A DNA stretch of 39,647 bases, from contig CAYJRR010000028.1 in assembly GCA_964372275.1 (NCBI GenBank), positions 1-39,647 of the forward strand. The letters run 5' to 3'. Of the stretch, positions 8,224-17,051 are shown piece after piece. The stretch comes from an uncultured bacterium. Lineage in GTDB: Bacteria > CAYJRR01. Positions within the stretch are counted from its first letter, which is position 1, and the number at the start of each line of letters is the position of its first letter. The notes below the pieces were generated by a model. The model searched no databases. It saw only the letters and a list, made by a program, of their open reading frames with translations, and was not told where the DNA came from. Made by a program: the position numbers and the translations under genes.

Positions 8224-9828
8224 GTGAAACCGAACCCACCCCCCCCGAGACAGCCCGCCCCCGGCCGTTGGGCTGGCGCGGGCATCGCCGGGGTCCGTAC
8301 GGCGGCCGCGACGTTCGCGTACGACGCGCACGCGGCCCTGCTCGGGGCCGCTCCGGCGCGGGCGTCCGACTTCATCGACACCCGGATCACCTTCCTCTTC
8401 TCGGACGACAACGTCCTCGCCGGACCGGCCGACTTCTCCCCGCAGCCCGACTTCACGCAACGGCCGGGGGTGAACACCTTTTTTGACAACTACAACACCC
8501 GCGACACGGGTCAGGAGACCAAGACCGACCTGGCGCTCTACCGGCGCATGGCGGGATGGCACCCGCGGCTCGAGACCGAAGCGGCGTTCCTGGTGCGGGT
8601 CGACCTCTTCGCCGACGACGTCACCGGCAAGGGGGGACAGAAGTTCGCCGACGACGGCACCTACGTGCAGGTGAACTGGCTCGCCGGCGACGTCTCGCAA
8701 CCGCGCGGAGCCGGAAAGCCGCCGCGCGCCTACTTCCTCGCTTTCCCGTTCAACGCCGACCGGTTTCGCCTCGGCTACTCCTACGGGATCACCTGGGGTG
8801 GTCGCGAGATCTTCCCCAAGAACACCGGTCCGGTGCCGGGGGTGAAGTTCGGCTACGACGGCGAGCGCGGATACGTCTTCGGCGGGGTGAAGACCCACCG
8901 GCAGCTCAACGACAACACCAACAACATCGAGGCGGTCTACGCCTTCCTCGCGGGGGCCGGCATCGACGTCACGCCGCTCCTGCGGATCGAGGCCGGGGCG
9001 GGGCGCTTCCAGAAGGGGGCGCTGCCGCCGATCGGGCCGGGGGACACGCTCGCCGGCGAGCGGATCGACGCCAACGGCGTCTCGGGCCAGGTGGTGCTCC
9101 ACAAGGGGCTGCCGATCCAGACCTCGGTCGACCTGCGCCTCTATCGCAACGACCCCGACGCGCCGTTCCAGGCCTTCCGCAAGGAGGAGTACGGGCCCGG
9201 CCTGTCGTGGCTCGTCTCCGCCGAGGCGAGCTACCTGAACCAGAACCTGCGGGACCCGGACACCTTCGGGCAGACCGTGATGCAGCCGGCGATGGCGGCC
9301 GACGTCAACGCCAAGGTCAAGGCCGGTTACGCGCGCTTCCTGTTCGACTTCGTCTACCGCGATCTGTCGTTCCTGCTGTTCAACGTCCCGTCGTTCACTC
9401 CGTACTACGCCTTCCCGGGGAGCGCCGACGTCACCGGGATGTGGTTCGTCGACGTCGGGGCCGATCTCCACATCCCGTCGTTGCACATGACGCCGGGGTT
9501 CACCTTCGGTTACGACAGCCCGGCGACCTACACCGGCGAGACCGGCGGGGCCGGCATCGACGGCACGAACACGGTCGTGGTGCGGCGGCAGGGGGACTTC
9601 GACATCCTGCCGCCGGGGCAGGCGGCCTACGACATCCTCTCCACGCGCGTCTACGACCGGATCGAGCTGTCGGAGATGATGAGCCTCATCACCCAGGTGA
9701 CCTACACGCTCGACAAGAATTCGACCCGGCTGGTGCGCGACTCGGGCGGCTTCCCGCGCCGCGTCTTCGACGACGCGAACGTCACCAACCAGCTCGCCTT
9801 CGCGGTGATCTTCCAGAGCCGATTCTGA
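8224..9828 (+). CDS. Putative outer-membrane beta-barrel protein
   Basis: RBS CAGGAG; A-x-A cleavage site (APARA|SDF) with an atypical h-region; many amphipathic, aromatic-rich beta strands; C-terminal ..AVIFQSRF (BAM-type terminal Phe). Confidence 0.7.
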   Translation: MKPNPPPPRQPAPGRWAGAGIAGVRTAAATFAYDAHAALLGAAPARASDFIDTRITFLFSDDNVLAGPADFSPQPDFTQRPGVNTFFDNYNTRDTGQETKTDLALYRRMAGWHPRLETEAAFLVRVDLFADDVTGKGGQKFADDGTYVQVNWLAGDVSQPRGAGKPPRAYFLAFPFNADRFRLGYSYGITWGGREIFPKNTGPVPGVKFGYDGERGYVFGGVKTHRQLNDNTNNIEAVYAFLAGAGIDVTPLLRIEAGAGRFQKGALPPIGPGDTLAGERIDANGVSGQVVLHKGLPIQTSVDLRLYRNDPDAPFQAFRKEEYGPGLSWLVSAEASYLNQNLRDPDTFGQTVMQPAMAADVNAKVKAGYARFLFDFVYRDLSFLLFNVPSFTPYYAFPGSADVTGMWFVDVGADLHIPSLHMTPGFTFGYDSPATYTGETGGAGIDGTNTVVVRRQGDFDILPPGQAAYDILSTRVYDRIELSEMMSLITQVTYTLDKNSTRLVRDSGGFPRRVFDDANVTNQLAFAVIFQSRF

Positions 9829-9838
9829 CCGGCGTGCA

Positions 9839-11032
9839 TCAGCCGGACTCGGCACAGAGCCACGCGGTCGCGTTCAGGAAGAAGGCCGCGTTGTCCTCGG
9901 ACTCGTCGTGCCAGCTGTCGTAGATGTTGGAGTTGCCCGGACTGGCCGTGCCATCGTCCGCGGGCGACGAGTCGCCGATCAGCACCACGCGGCCGAGCCC
10001 GAACCAGCCGGCCGCCACCAGCAGGCCGGCGTCGCCGTCCTGGTTGGGACGCCAGGCGATCCCCCGCAGCCGCGGGTTGACTTCGCGATCGATGGAGAGC
10101 GTCGTCGCCCCGTAAAACCCGATCGCGCCGACGTCGCCGTACGGACCGTGCAGGAGCGGCTCGCGCGGGTCGGCCACCAGCCCGTCCAGCGCCGGGAACG
10201 ACGCGAAGGACGCCGGATCGAGCTCGAACCCCCACGCGGGGGAGTCGGCCGGCAGCTCGTTCAGGACGGAGTACGACTCCCAACCGTCGTTGTCCCGGTC
10301 GGACCCCTCGTGGTTGGCGATCAGGAAGGCGCCTCCTCCGTGCGCGACGAAGTCGGCCAGGGCCGAGATCTCGGACGCTGATAGCCGGTTGTTCGGCTCG
10401 GGGAGGACGACGGCGTGGAAGTTCGCCAGGTCTTGCGTTCCGGACGAGCCGAAGGTGAAGCTCTCACCGGGCGGAAGGGTCTCGACGAGGTAGCGGCCGG
10501 TCTCGAACAGGGCGAAGCCCCAGGCGGAGTAGGCCCCCGACCAGCCCGACTCGGTGGCGGGCGAGGCGGGCGCCGGCGCCGGTTGGTCGTTGTCGATCAC
10601 CCAGTCGGCGTTCCCGGCCTGCTCGCCGTGCGCGTTGTCGAACAGGACGCGAAACGGGGCCGAGGGGGCGTCGAGCGTCTCGACGTCGGTCGTTCCGGTG
10701 ACGCCGGTACCCTCGCCCACCCGCACGTCGTAGACGGTTCCGGGCTGAAGACCGTGTATCACGAGGCGGTGTTCGATCGCGGTCTCGGCGGCGGCGACGA
10801 CGATCGCCGGTCCGTCCTCGGCCTCGACCGCGGCCGCCGAGGGGAGGGGCGCGTCGGTGTCGTAGCGGACTTCGACGGCGAACGGCGAGAGCGCGACGGC
10901 GGTCGGCGTGACCGTCGACATCGGCGTCGGCGCGCCGCCGGAGCCCGGTTCCGGCCGGCACGCGACCGCGGCGACGAGCAGGGCGGCGTACCCCGCCCAG
11001 AACGCCGATCGAGGTGCCGGGCGCACGGCCAT
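9839..11032 (-). CDS. Lipoprotein with FN3-like domain and class I glutamine-amidotransferase-like (DUF4350-like) domain
   Basis: Lipobox AVAC; EHRLVIHGLQPGTVYDVRV (FN3); VLFDNAHGEQAGNADWVID, VLPEPN, FLIANHEGSDRDNDG and GRVVLIGDSSPADDGT. Confidence 0.7.
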   Translation of the reverse strand: MAVRPAPRSAFWAGYAALLVAAVACRPEPGSGGAPTPMSTVTPTAVALSPFAVEVRYDTDAPLPSAAAVEAEDGPAIVVAAAETAIEHRLVIHGLQPGTVYDVRVGEGTGVTGTTDVETLDAPSAPFRVLFDNAHGEQAGNADWVIDNDQPAPAPASPATESGWSGAYSAWGFALFETGRYLVETLPPGESFTFGSSGTQDLANFHAVVLPEPNNRLSASEISALADFVAHGGGAFLIANHEGSDRDNDGWESYSVLNELPADSPAWGFELDPASFASFPALDGLVADPREPLLHGPYGDVGAIGFYGATTLSIDREVNPRLRGIAWRPNQDGDAGLLVAAGWFGLGRVVLIGDSSPADDGTASPGNSNIYDSWHDESEDNAAFFLNATAWLCAESG

Positions 11033-11046
11033 CGCAAGAGCCTATC

Positions 11047-13006
11047 ATGCGGTTGACGGAGTCCCGTCGGCGCACGATCCTCCTCCATTCGATGACCGGA
11101 AACGCCGCGCGCGCACGTTGGAATCTACCCGCGGGAATCCGGGGGGCGCGACGGACCGGAGGACTGTTCCTGTCCGCCTCGGTCCTCGCGGCGATCCTCC
11201 TGGCCCGTTGGCAGTTGATGCCGACGCCGGTCCCGTCGATGCCGCAGATTGCGGATCGCGAAGCGCTCCTCGACTACGCGCGTGCGCGGATCCTCGCTCC
11301 GGAGGACGCTCCGTCCACCGGGACGGCGGCGAGCGCGCCCACCGTCGCGCGGCTTCCCGGAGTCCGCGGGGTGATCGTCACCGCGTATCGGCACGGGCTG
11401 GGGATCCTCGGAATATCGGTCTGGCGCGACGTCGAAGGGTCGGACGTCGTCCAGGCGATCGGGGACGCGGCCGCGCAGGCGGGTCACAACTGGCAGCGAC
11501 AAGGGTGGCGCGGGGGGGTCGAGACGCTCCGCGTGCGGATCGATCTGACCGGTCCCGAGCGGCGCGTCCTGCGGAGGACCGATCGCTACCTGTCACGGGT
11601 CCTCGACCCCGGCGTCGACGGGCTCACGACGCGCGGGACGGCGTTCGAGTACGTCGCGCCGTCGGTCGCCGTCGAGCACTCGGTCGAGCCCGGGCGGCTG
11701 GCCGACGGCCTGGCCAAGCGCGCCGGTCTCGCGTCGCGTGACGACCTGCCGAACCTCTACCGCTTTCGCGCCGCGAGCTTCGTCGAAGGGCCGGGAGGGG
11801 AGGGGAACCACGTCGTCGTCCGCGGCAACGTGCCGCCGCCGTTCCCGCCGACGCCGGCCGACCTGCGCGCGGCGTGCGACGCGGGGGCGCGGTTCCTCGC
11901 GGCCAAGCAGGCGGCTAGCGGACGGTTCACCTACCAGTACGAGGCGCAGCAGAATCGATCCGAAGGGGGGTACAACCTCCTGCGGCACGCCGGCACCGCC
12001 ATGTCGCTGTTCCAGGTTCACCGCGCGACGGGGAACCCGGAGGCGCGCACCGCCGGGCTCGCCGCCCTCGACCACCTGATCCGGGGGTCGGTGTACCGGG
12101 ATCCGGCGCATCCGGAGGCCGCCTTCCTGATCGAACCGAACGCCACGAAGCGAGGGCAGCTCAAGCTCGGCGCGCTCGGGCTCGGCGTATTGGCGCTGCT
12201 CGCCGCGGTCGACGCCGGGGTGGCGCTCCCGCCGGAGCACGAGGAGCTGACGCGCGCGCTCGGCCGCGGGATCCTCACGATGCAGCTCCCCAGCGGCGAG
12301 CTCAAGTCCTATCACGTCACGCACGACGACCCCGGATCGACCCGCCGCTCGATCTACTACCCGGGTGAGGCGACGCTGGCGTTGGTGCGTCTCCATCGCT
12401 GGGATCGCGATCCGGCGTGGCTGGAGGCGGCGCGGCGGTCCGCCGACTTCCAGATCGAACGCCGCTGGCGATGGGGCGGCTTCGAGCTGATGATCCCGCC
12501 CGACGCGTGGCTCACCCAGGCGCTGGAGGGCCTGTCTCCTGGTTGTCCCTCATTCCCTGCCTGGNNNNNNNNNNACGAAGGACGAGCGGCACCGGCGCTA
12601 CGCCTTCCGGCTCGCCGACGAGCTGGTGCGCACGACGATGTTGGGTCGCGGCCACCCCCCCGACCTCTACGGCGCCACCTTCACCGGGCAGCGCTCCGCC
12701 CGGACGACGCCGACCTCCAGCCGCAACGAGGCGATCGTCGCGGCGGCGAGGCTCGCGCGGAGGACGGGCGAGACGGCGCGGGAGAGGCGATACCTGGAGG
12801 CGGCGACCGCCTCGGCCTGGTTCTCGCTCTCGCAGCAGTTCCGAGCCGAAAACGACTACTTCGTGCAGAACCCGCGAAACGCGCGCGGGGGGATCCGCGA
12901 GGGGGTGACCGACAACTCGGTCCGGATCGACGGCGTGCAGCACGCCGTCACCGGACTTCTCGGACTGGCAGACCTTCTCGAACCGCATCGGGGGACGACG
13001 CCGTGA
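11047..13006 (+). CDS. Membrane-anchored AMMECR1-like + (alpha/alpha)-barrel protein; one gene interrupted by the assembly gap
   Basis: N-terminal TM; GVDGL; GRFTYQY..GYNLLRHAGT, KLG and YYPGEATLAL motifs. After the Ns the reading continues in another frame (TKDERHRRYAFRLADEL..GGIREGVTDNSVRIDGVQHAV) to TGA 13006. Start uncertain (11047 or 11092). Confidence 0.65.
12565..12574. other. Assembly gap (10 N)
   Basis: Run of N; about 30 nt just before it have atypical T-ending codons and look like low-quality sequence. Confidence 0.99.
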
Positions 13007-13410
13007 CGCCGTCCGGAGAGTCGATCGCCACGTGGGTGTCGAGGGTCGGCGGCGTCGTCGGCGCCGTCTGCCTTTTCCAGTTCGTGCGCGGGATCGCCTC
13101 CTACCGCGACCTGTGGGACGTGTCGGCGTTCGTCCTGCTCCTGCACCTCGGGCTCGTCTCCAGCCTGTCTGCGGTCGCGGCCTTTCGATGGCGGCACCGG
13201 CGTTCGGCGTCGCCGACCTCCGACGGGGAGCCGGGGGGACGGCTGCCCTCGGCCGATCTTCTCGTCCGGATGGCCGCGAGCTTCTGTCTCGTCGCCTACC
13301 TCGCGCTGTACGCCCACGCACTGTCGCCGGCCGCGCGCTCCCTTGCGGTCGCCGTCGAGCGCCGTGCCGTCTTCCTCGGGATGGCCCGGGACCTGCCCGG
13401 ACCCCGGTGA
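13003..13410 (+). CDS. Small hypothetical membrane protein (about 3 TM)
   Basis: GTGA overlap with the upstream stop; three hydrophobic segments. This is the tail of the artefactual 11014..13410 ORF. Confidence 0.6.
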   Translation: MTPSGESIATWVSRVGGVVGAVCLFQFVRGIASYRDLWDVSAFVLLLHLGLVSSLSAVAAFRWRHRRSASPTSDGEPGGRLPSADLLVRMAASFCLVAYLALYAHALSPAARSLAVAVERRAVFLGMARDLPGPR

Positions 13411-13426
13411 TACGATCGCCTTGGCC

Positions 13427-14110
13427 GTGACCGCCGAGTCTCGACGTTTCGCGTTCGCGTTCGTTTTCGCCGTCGCGGCCTGCTCGCGCGGTCCCGAAAC
13501 GGCCGCGCCGGCCGGAGACGCCCCGGCCGTGGCGGCCGCGACCTCCGCATCCACGCGCGAGAACAATCCTCCCGGCGTGATGCGGGTGACGATCGAGCCG
13601 GTCGGAGTTCCGGCCGACGCGGTCCATCCCCATCGCGGCGACACGCTCAAGGCGAGCGCCCGGGCGCGCGACCTCGACGGAGACGGCATCATCTTTCTCT
13701 GGCAGTGGCTCGTGAACGGAGTGCCGGTGCCGGGGGCGGTCACCGACACCCTCGGCCCCGGGCCGTTCAAGAAGGGGGACCGTGTCGGCGTCGACGTGCG
13801 CGCCCGCGACAACCGGGGGACGATCTCCGAGCCGCCGCTGCGCGGGGAGATCGTCATCCGCAACCGGCCGCCGGTGCTCACCAGTCAGCCCGGCCCGCGA
13901 CTGGACGGGTATCGCGCGACGGCGATCGACGAGGACGGCGATCCGCTCGTCTACACGTTGGAGTCGTCTGCTCGCGGCTTTTCCATCTCGCCCGACGGAG
14001 TGGTTCGATACGACGCCACGGTCGGGCAGGGCTCGGGCGGCCAGGTGGTGATCGTGGTGAAGGATCCGGAAGGGGCGAACGCCAAGCAGACGATCGGGGT
14101 CGGCTTCTGA
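13427..14110 (+). CDS. Lipoprotein with Ig/cadherin-like domains
   Basis: FAFAFVFAVAAC lipobox; ARDLDGDGI..WQWLVNG and NRPPVLTS..ATAIDEDGDPLVYTL. Start TTG 13421 or GTG 13427. Confidence 0.75.
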   Translation: MTAESRRFAFAFVFAVAACSRGPETAAPAGDAPAVAAATSASTRENNPPGVMRVTIEPVGVPADAVHPHRGDTLKASARARDLDGDGIIFLWQWLVNGVPVPGAVTDTLGPGPFKKGDRVGVDVRARDNRGTISEPPLRGEIVIRNRPPVLTSQPGPRLDGYRATAIDEDGDPLVYTLESSARGFSISPDGVVRYDATVGQGSGGQVVIVVKDPEGANAKQTIGVGF

Positions 14111-14907
14111 TGAAGGGGACGCTCTCCCGGATCCGGAAGAGGCTCGACGCCTGGCCGGTGTGGGGCGTCGTCCTGCTCAACGCAGGGGTACTGGCCCTTT
14201 GGACGGTCGACCTGCGCGCGATCGATCCCCTGCCGTTCCTGGACGAGATCTTCGTCGGCGGAGTGATGGCCGGGTCGGCCTACTACCTCTGGAACCGGCT
14301 GTTCGGCCCGCCGACGGCGCTCGCGGCCGAGAGCCGGCGCCGGTTGGCGGAGGTGGAGACGCTGTTCGGCGAGTGCGAGGCGGCCGCCCGTGGATCGGAG
14401 ATCGCCGGGGCCGAAGTCGCGCGGATGAGCGGGCTCCTCGACCGCGTGCGGGCGATCGAGCAACGGATCGAGCAGGCGGAGCTCGTCCTCGGGACGCCCC
14501 AATATTCGGTCGGCGCGGCGGAGGCCGAGGTGGCGCGGCTGGAACGGGCGCACGCCGAGGCGTCCGATGCCGCTCGCCCGCACCTGGCCGGCGCGCTCGA
14601 GGAGGCGCGGCGACACCGCGAGAACATCGGACGGATCCGCGCCACGCGCGACGAGCTGGGTGCGGCATTCGAGCGGATCTTCCAGCTCGTGCGCCGGATC
14701 CATTCGCAGATCCTCGGACTGGGGCTGACCGACGGCGCGTCCGCGGAGCTCGCATCGTCGGTCTCCGAGCTCGGCGCCACGCTGGACGCCTACGAGCGCG
14801 ACCGCAAGGCCGCCGAGGAGGCCGCGGCGCTCGTCGACCGCGAGCTCGAACAGGCCAGGGCCCGCTCCACGGAGCGAAGGGACGCCGAGCGCGCGCGAAC
14901 GAGCTGA
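14110..14907 (+). CDS. Two-TM membrane protein with long coiled coil
   Basis: TGATG coupling; TM-IDPLPFLDE-TM hairpin, then a heptad-rich helical region. Confidence 0.75.
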   Translation: MKGTLSRIRKRLDAWPVWGVVLLNAGVLALWTVDLRAIDPLPFLDEIFVGGVMAGSAYYLWNRLFGPPTALAAESRRRLAEVETLFGECEAAARGSEIAGAEVARMSGLLDRVRAIEQRIEQAELVLGTPQYSVGAAEAEVARLERAHAEASDAARPHLAGALEEARRHRENIGRIRATRDELGAAFERIFQLVRRIHSQILGLGLTDGASAELASSVSELGATLDAYERDRKAAEEAAALVDRELEQARARSTERRDAERARTS

Positions 14908-14963
14908 CGGTACCGTCGGGACGGCTCCGGCCGCCGGCGACGTCACGGTGCGGCTCGCCGCCG

Positions 14964-15662
14964 TCAGCTTCCGCGGAGGATGACCACTTCGCAGCCGAGC
15001 GCGGCGAGGAATCCTGCGGCGCGATAGAGGGCGCCCGGCGAGGCGCCGGCGGCGGCGAGCGCGATCGATTCGTGGGCGCGGCAGCCCTCCGGCAACAGGC
15101 TTCTCGCCTCCTCCGGCGGGACGTCCCGCCGCGCCGCGCCGAGCTCGATCCGGCCGTCGGCGCGAACCGTCGCCCGTATCAACGCCGGGGGCGCGGCGCG
15201 GGGGGCCGGCGCGGGGAGCGTCGCGGCGGAGGCCTGGACGCGAGCCACGACGAACCAGCCGCGCGAGCGCGCGATCTCGTCCACGTCGACCAGGCGGCCG
15301 ATCGCGGCCTCGGTCGGGGCGCAGGTCGTCGTCAGCCAGCGCGGAGTGCCGTCGTCGAGCGCGGCGAGCTCCTCGGCGCGGGCGAGGGGCTCCTCGCGGC
15401 TGCCGACGAAGATCCGCCCGTCGGGGGCGATCGTGACCCGCTCGAAGGAGCGGGCGGGTCGCGGAAGGTCGACCGTACGAGGCGCCGGGGCGTCGGCGGA
15501 AGGCGGCGCGGGGCGTGGCCCGCAGGCGGCAGCGCCAAGGGAAAGCGACAGGAACGCACGCCGGATAGACCGCGGCCGGAAAAATTGAGAATTGGGAATT
15601 GGAAATGAAAAACCGACAGTCGCATCATTGTCGGTTTTCCATTTCCAACTTCCAATTTTCAA
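14964..15662 (-). CDS. Hypothetical lipoprotein with two ExbD/TolR-periplasmic-like repeats; start uncertain
   Basis: LSLSLGAAAC lipobox; repeats VTIAPDGRIFVG and ATVRADGRIELG. The only canonical start upstream of the lipobox is TTG 15662, which reads through the AT-rich hairpin. Confidence 0.45.
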   Translation of the reverse strand: MKIGSWKWKTDNDATVGFSFPIPNSQFFRPRSIRRAFLSLSLGAAACGPRPAPPSADAPAPRTVDLPRPARSFERVTIAPDGRIFVGSREEPLARAEELAALDDGTPRWLTTTCAPTEAAIGRLVDVDEIARSRGWFVVARVQASAATLPAPAPRAAPPALIRATVRADGRIELGAARRDVPPEEARSLLPEGCRAHESIALAAAGASPGALYRAAGFLAALGCEVVILRGS

Positions 15663-15665
15663 TTT
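15582..15665. repeat. AT-rich 37-bp inverted repeat built of heptamer units (hairpin, terminator-like)
   Basis: Arms 15582-15618 and 15629-15665 match at 33 of 37 positions with a 10-nt loop; GAATTGG/AAATTGA-like heptamers; begins 1 nt after the dehydrogenase stop. Confidence 0.85.
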
Positions 15666-15666
15666 C

Positions 15667-16791
15667 TTAGGCTCCGTCGCGCCGGAACTCCAGCTGCCGT
15701 AGCGGCCCCGGATTCATCCCCAGGAATGCCCTCCGCGACCGCGCCACCGTCTCGATCCGCTCCTCCGCCATCCGGTCGGCGGCTCGGTTCGTCGGGATGT
15801 CGTGCCTCTTCGCGATCTCGAACGTCTTGAGCAGGTTGTAGTAGATCCCCCGCGTCATGCGGAGCGAGCGCTCCCGGTTGTACCCCTCGAGCTCGCTGTA
15901 GACGTTGATCAGTCCGCCGGCGTTGATCACGTAGTCGGGTGCGTAGAGGATCCCACGCTCCTTGAGCTTCGCGCCGTGCCGGTCGTCCTTGAGCTGGTTG
16001 TTGGCGCCTCCCGCCACGATCTTGCACTTGAGTCGCGGCAGCGAATCGTCGTTGATGATCGCCCCCATCGCGCACGGCGCCAGCACGTCGACGTTCGCGG
16101 AGAGGATCGATTCCGGCGAGACGATCTCCACGCCCCGGTGCTCCTTCGCGACCCTCTCGCAGCGTTCGCGGTCGATGTCGGTCGCGACGACCGTCGCCCC
16201 CTCGTCGAGCAGGTGCTTGAGCAGGTTGTGGCCGACGTTGCCCAGGCCCTGGATCGCGACCGACATCCCCCGGAGCGAATCCTCGCCGCGCGTCTCGTGG
16301 ACGCAGGCCTTGATCCCCTGCAGCACGCCGTAGGCGGTGACCGGCGAGGGGTCCCCCGACCCGCCGTGCGCCGGCGCGACGCCGGTGACGAAACGGGTCT
16401 CCATGTAGACGTACTCCATGTCGTTGACGTCGGTGCCGACGTCCTCTGCCGTGATGTAGCGGCCGTTGAGGCTCTCGACGAATCGCCCGAAGGCGCGAAA
16501 CAGCCCCTCCGACTTGGCGTGCTTCGGATCGCCGACGATCACCGCCTTGCCGCCGCCGAGGTTCAGCCCCGCCGCGGCCGCCTTGTAGGTCATCCCCCGA
16601 GAAAGTCGCAGCGCGTCCTCGATCGCCTCGAGATCGTTGGAGTAGGTCCACATCCGGCAGCCGCCGAGCGCGGGGCCGAGTGTGGTGCTGTGGATTGCGA
16701 CGATGGCGCGCAGGCCGACGTCCTTGTTGGTGAACAGCACCAGCTCCTCGTGCCCGTACTGCTCGAGGTTCTGGAACACTTCCAGCGCCAT
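15667..16791 (-). CDS. ldh: Leucine dehydrogenase (Glu/Leu/Phe/Val dehydrogenase family)
   Basis: [65 protein letters not shown] and [19 protein letters not shown]. Confidence 0.95.
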   Translation of the reverse strand: MALEVFQNLEQYGHEELVLFTNKDVGLRAIVAIHSTTLGPALGGCRMWTYSNDLEAIEDALRLSRGMTYKAAAAGLNLGGGKAVIVGDPKHAKSEGLFRAFGRFVESLNGRYITAEDVGTDVNDMEYVYMETRFVTGVAPAHGGSGDPSPVTAYGVLQGIKACVHETRGEDSLRGMSVAIQGLGNVGHNLLKHLLDEGATVVATDIDRERCERVAKEHRGVEIVSPESILSANVDVLAPCAMGAIINDDSLPRLKCKIVAGGANNQLKDDRHGAKLKERGILYAPDYVINAGGLINVYSELEGYNRERSLRMTRGIYYNLLKTFEIAKRHDIPTNRAADRMAEERIETVARSRRAFLGMNPGPLRQLEFRRDGA

Positions 16792-17021
16792 CACCGCTCC
16801 TCCCGCGGACGGAAATAACTCGCCGCGTCAATGACTTACGTTTTGGGGCGCGGATCCTAGCAACCTCCCGGAACGTCCGTCAACGAGGCGCGGCGCCGCA
16901 CGGCGGGCGCGGGGACAGGCGCGTCACAATTCGCCATGTCGATTCAACACGGACGAGCCGAGTCGAATCCTGAATTCGACGCGCACGCAACGACATGGTC
17001 GGTTCATTCGATTCGATTCGA

Positions 17022-17037
17022 CGGCATGCGCATTGCT
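17022..17037 (+). promoter_or_regulatory. Putative sigma-54 promoter
   Basis: CGGCATG-CGCA-TTGCT, near-consensus, ending 14 nt before ATG 17052. Confidence 0.6.
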
Positions 17038-17051
17038 CAGCGGCGCCAAGC

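Noticed and set aside
12532-12564. Odd sequence before the gap beginning CTGTCTC
   Set aside because: Probably contig-end noise. It shares only 7 nt with the Nextera adapter start, so neither biology nor adapter origin can be claimed.
11014-13410. Apparent 798-aa fusion or frameshifted pseudogene
   Set aside because: The frame change coincides with the 10-N gap of arbitrary length; best explained as one intact gene to 13006 plus a separate gene from 13003.
15582-15665. Possible CRISPR repeat or IS end
   Set aside because: A single inverted repeat with no spacers, cas genes, transposase or evident target-site duplication.
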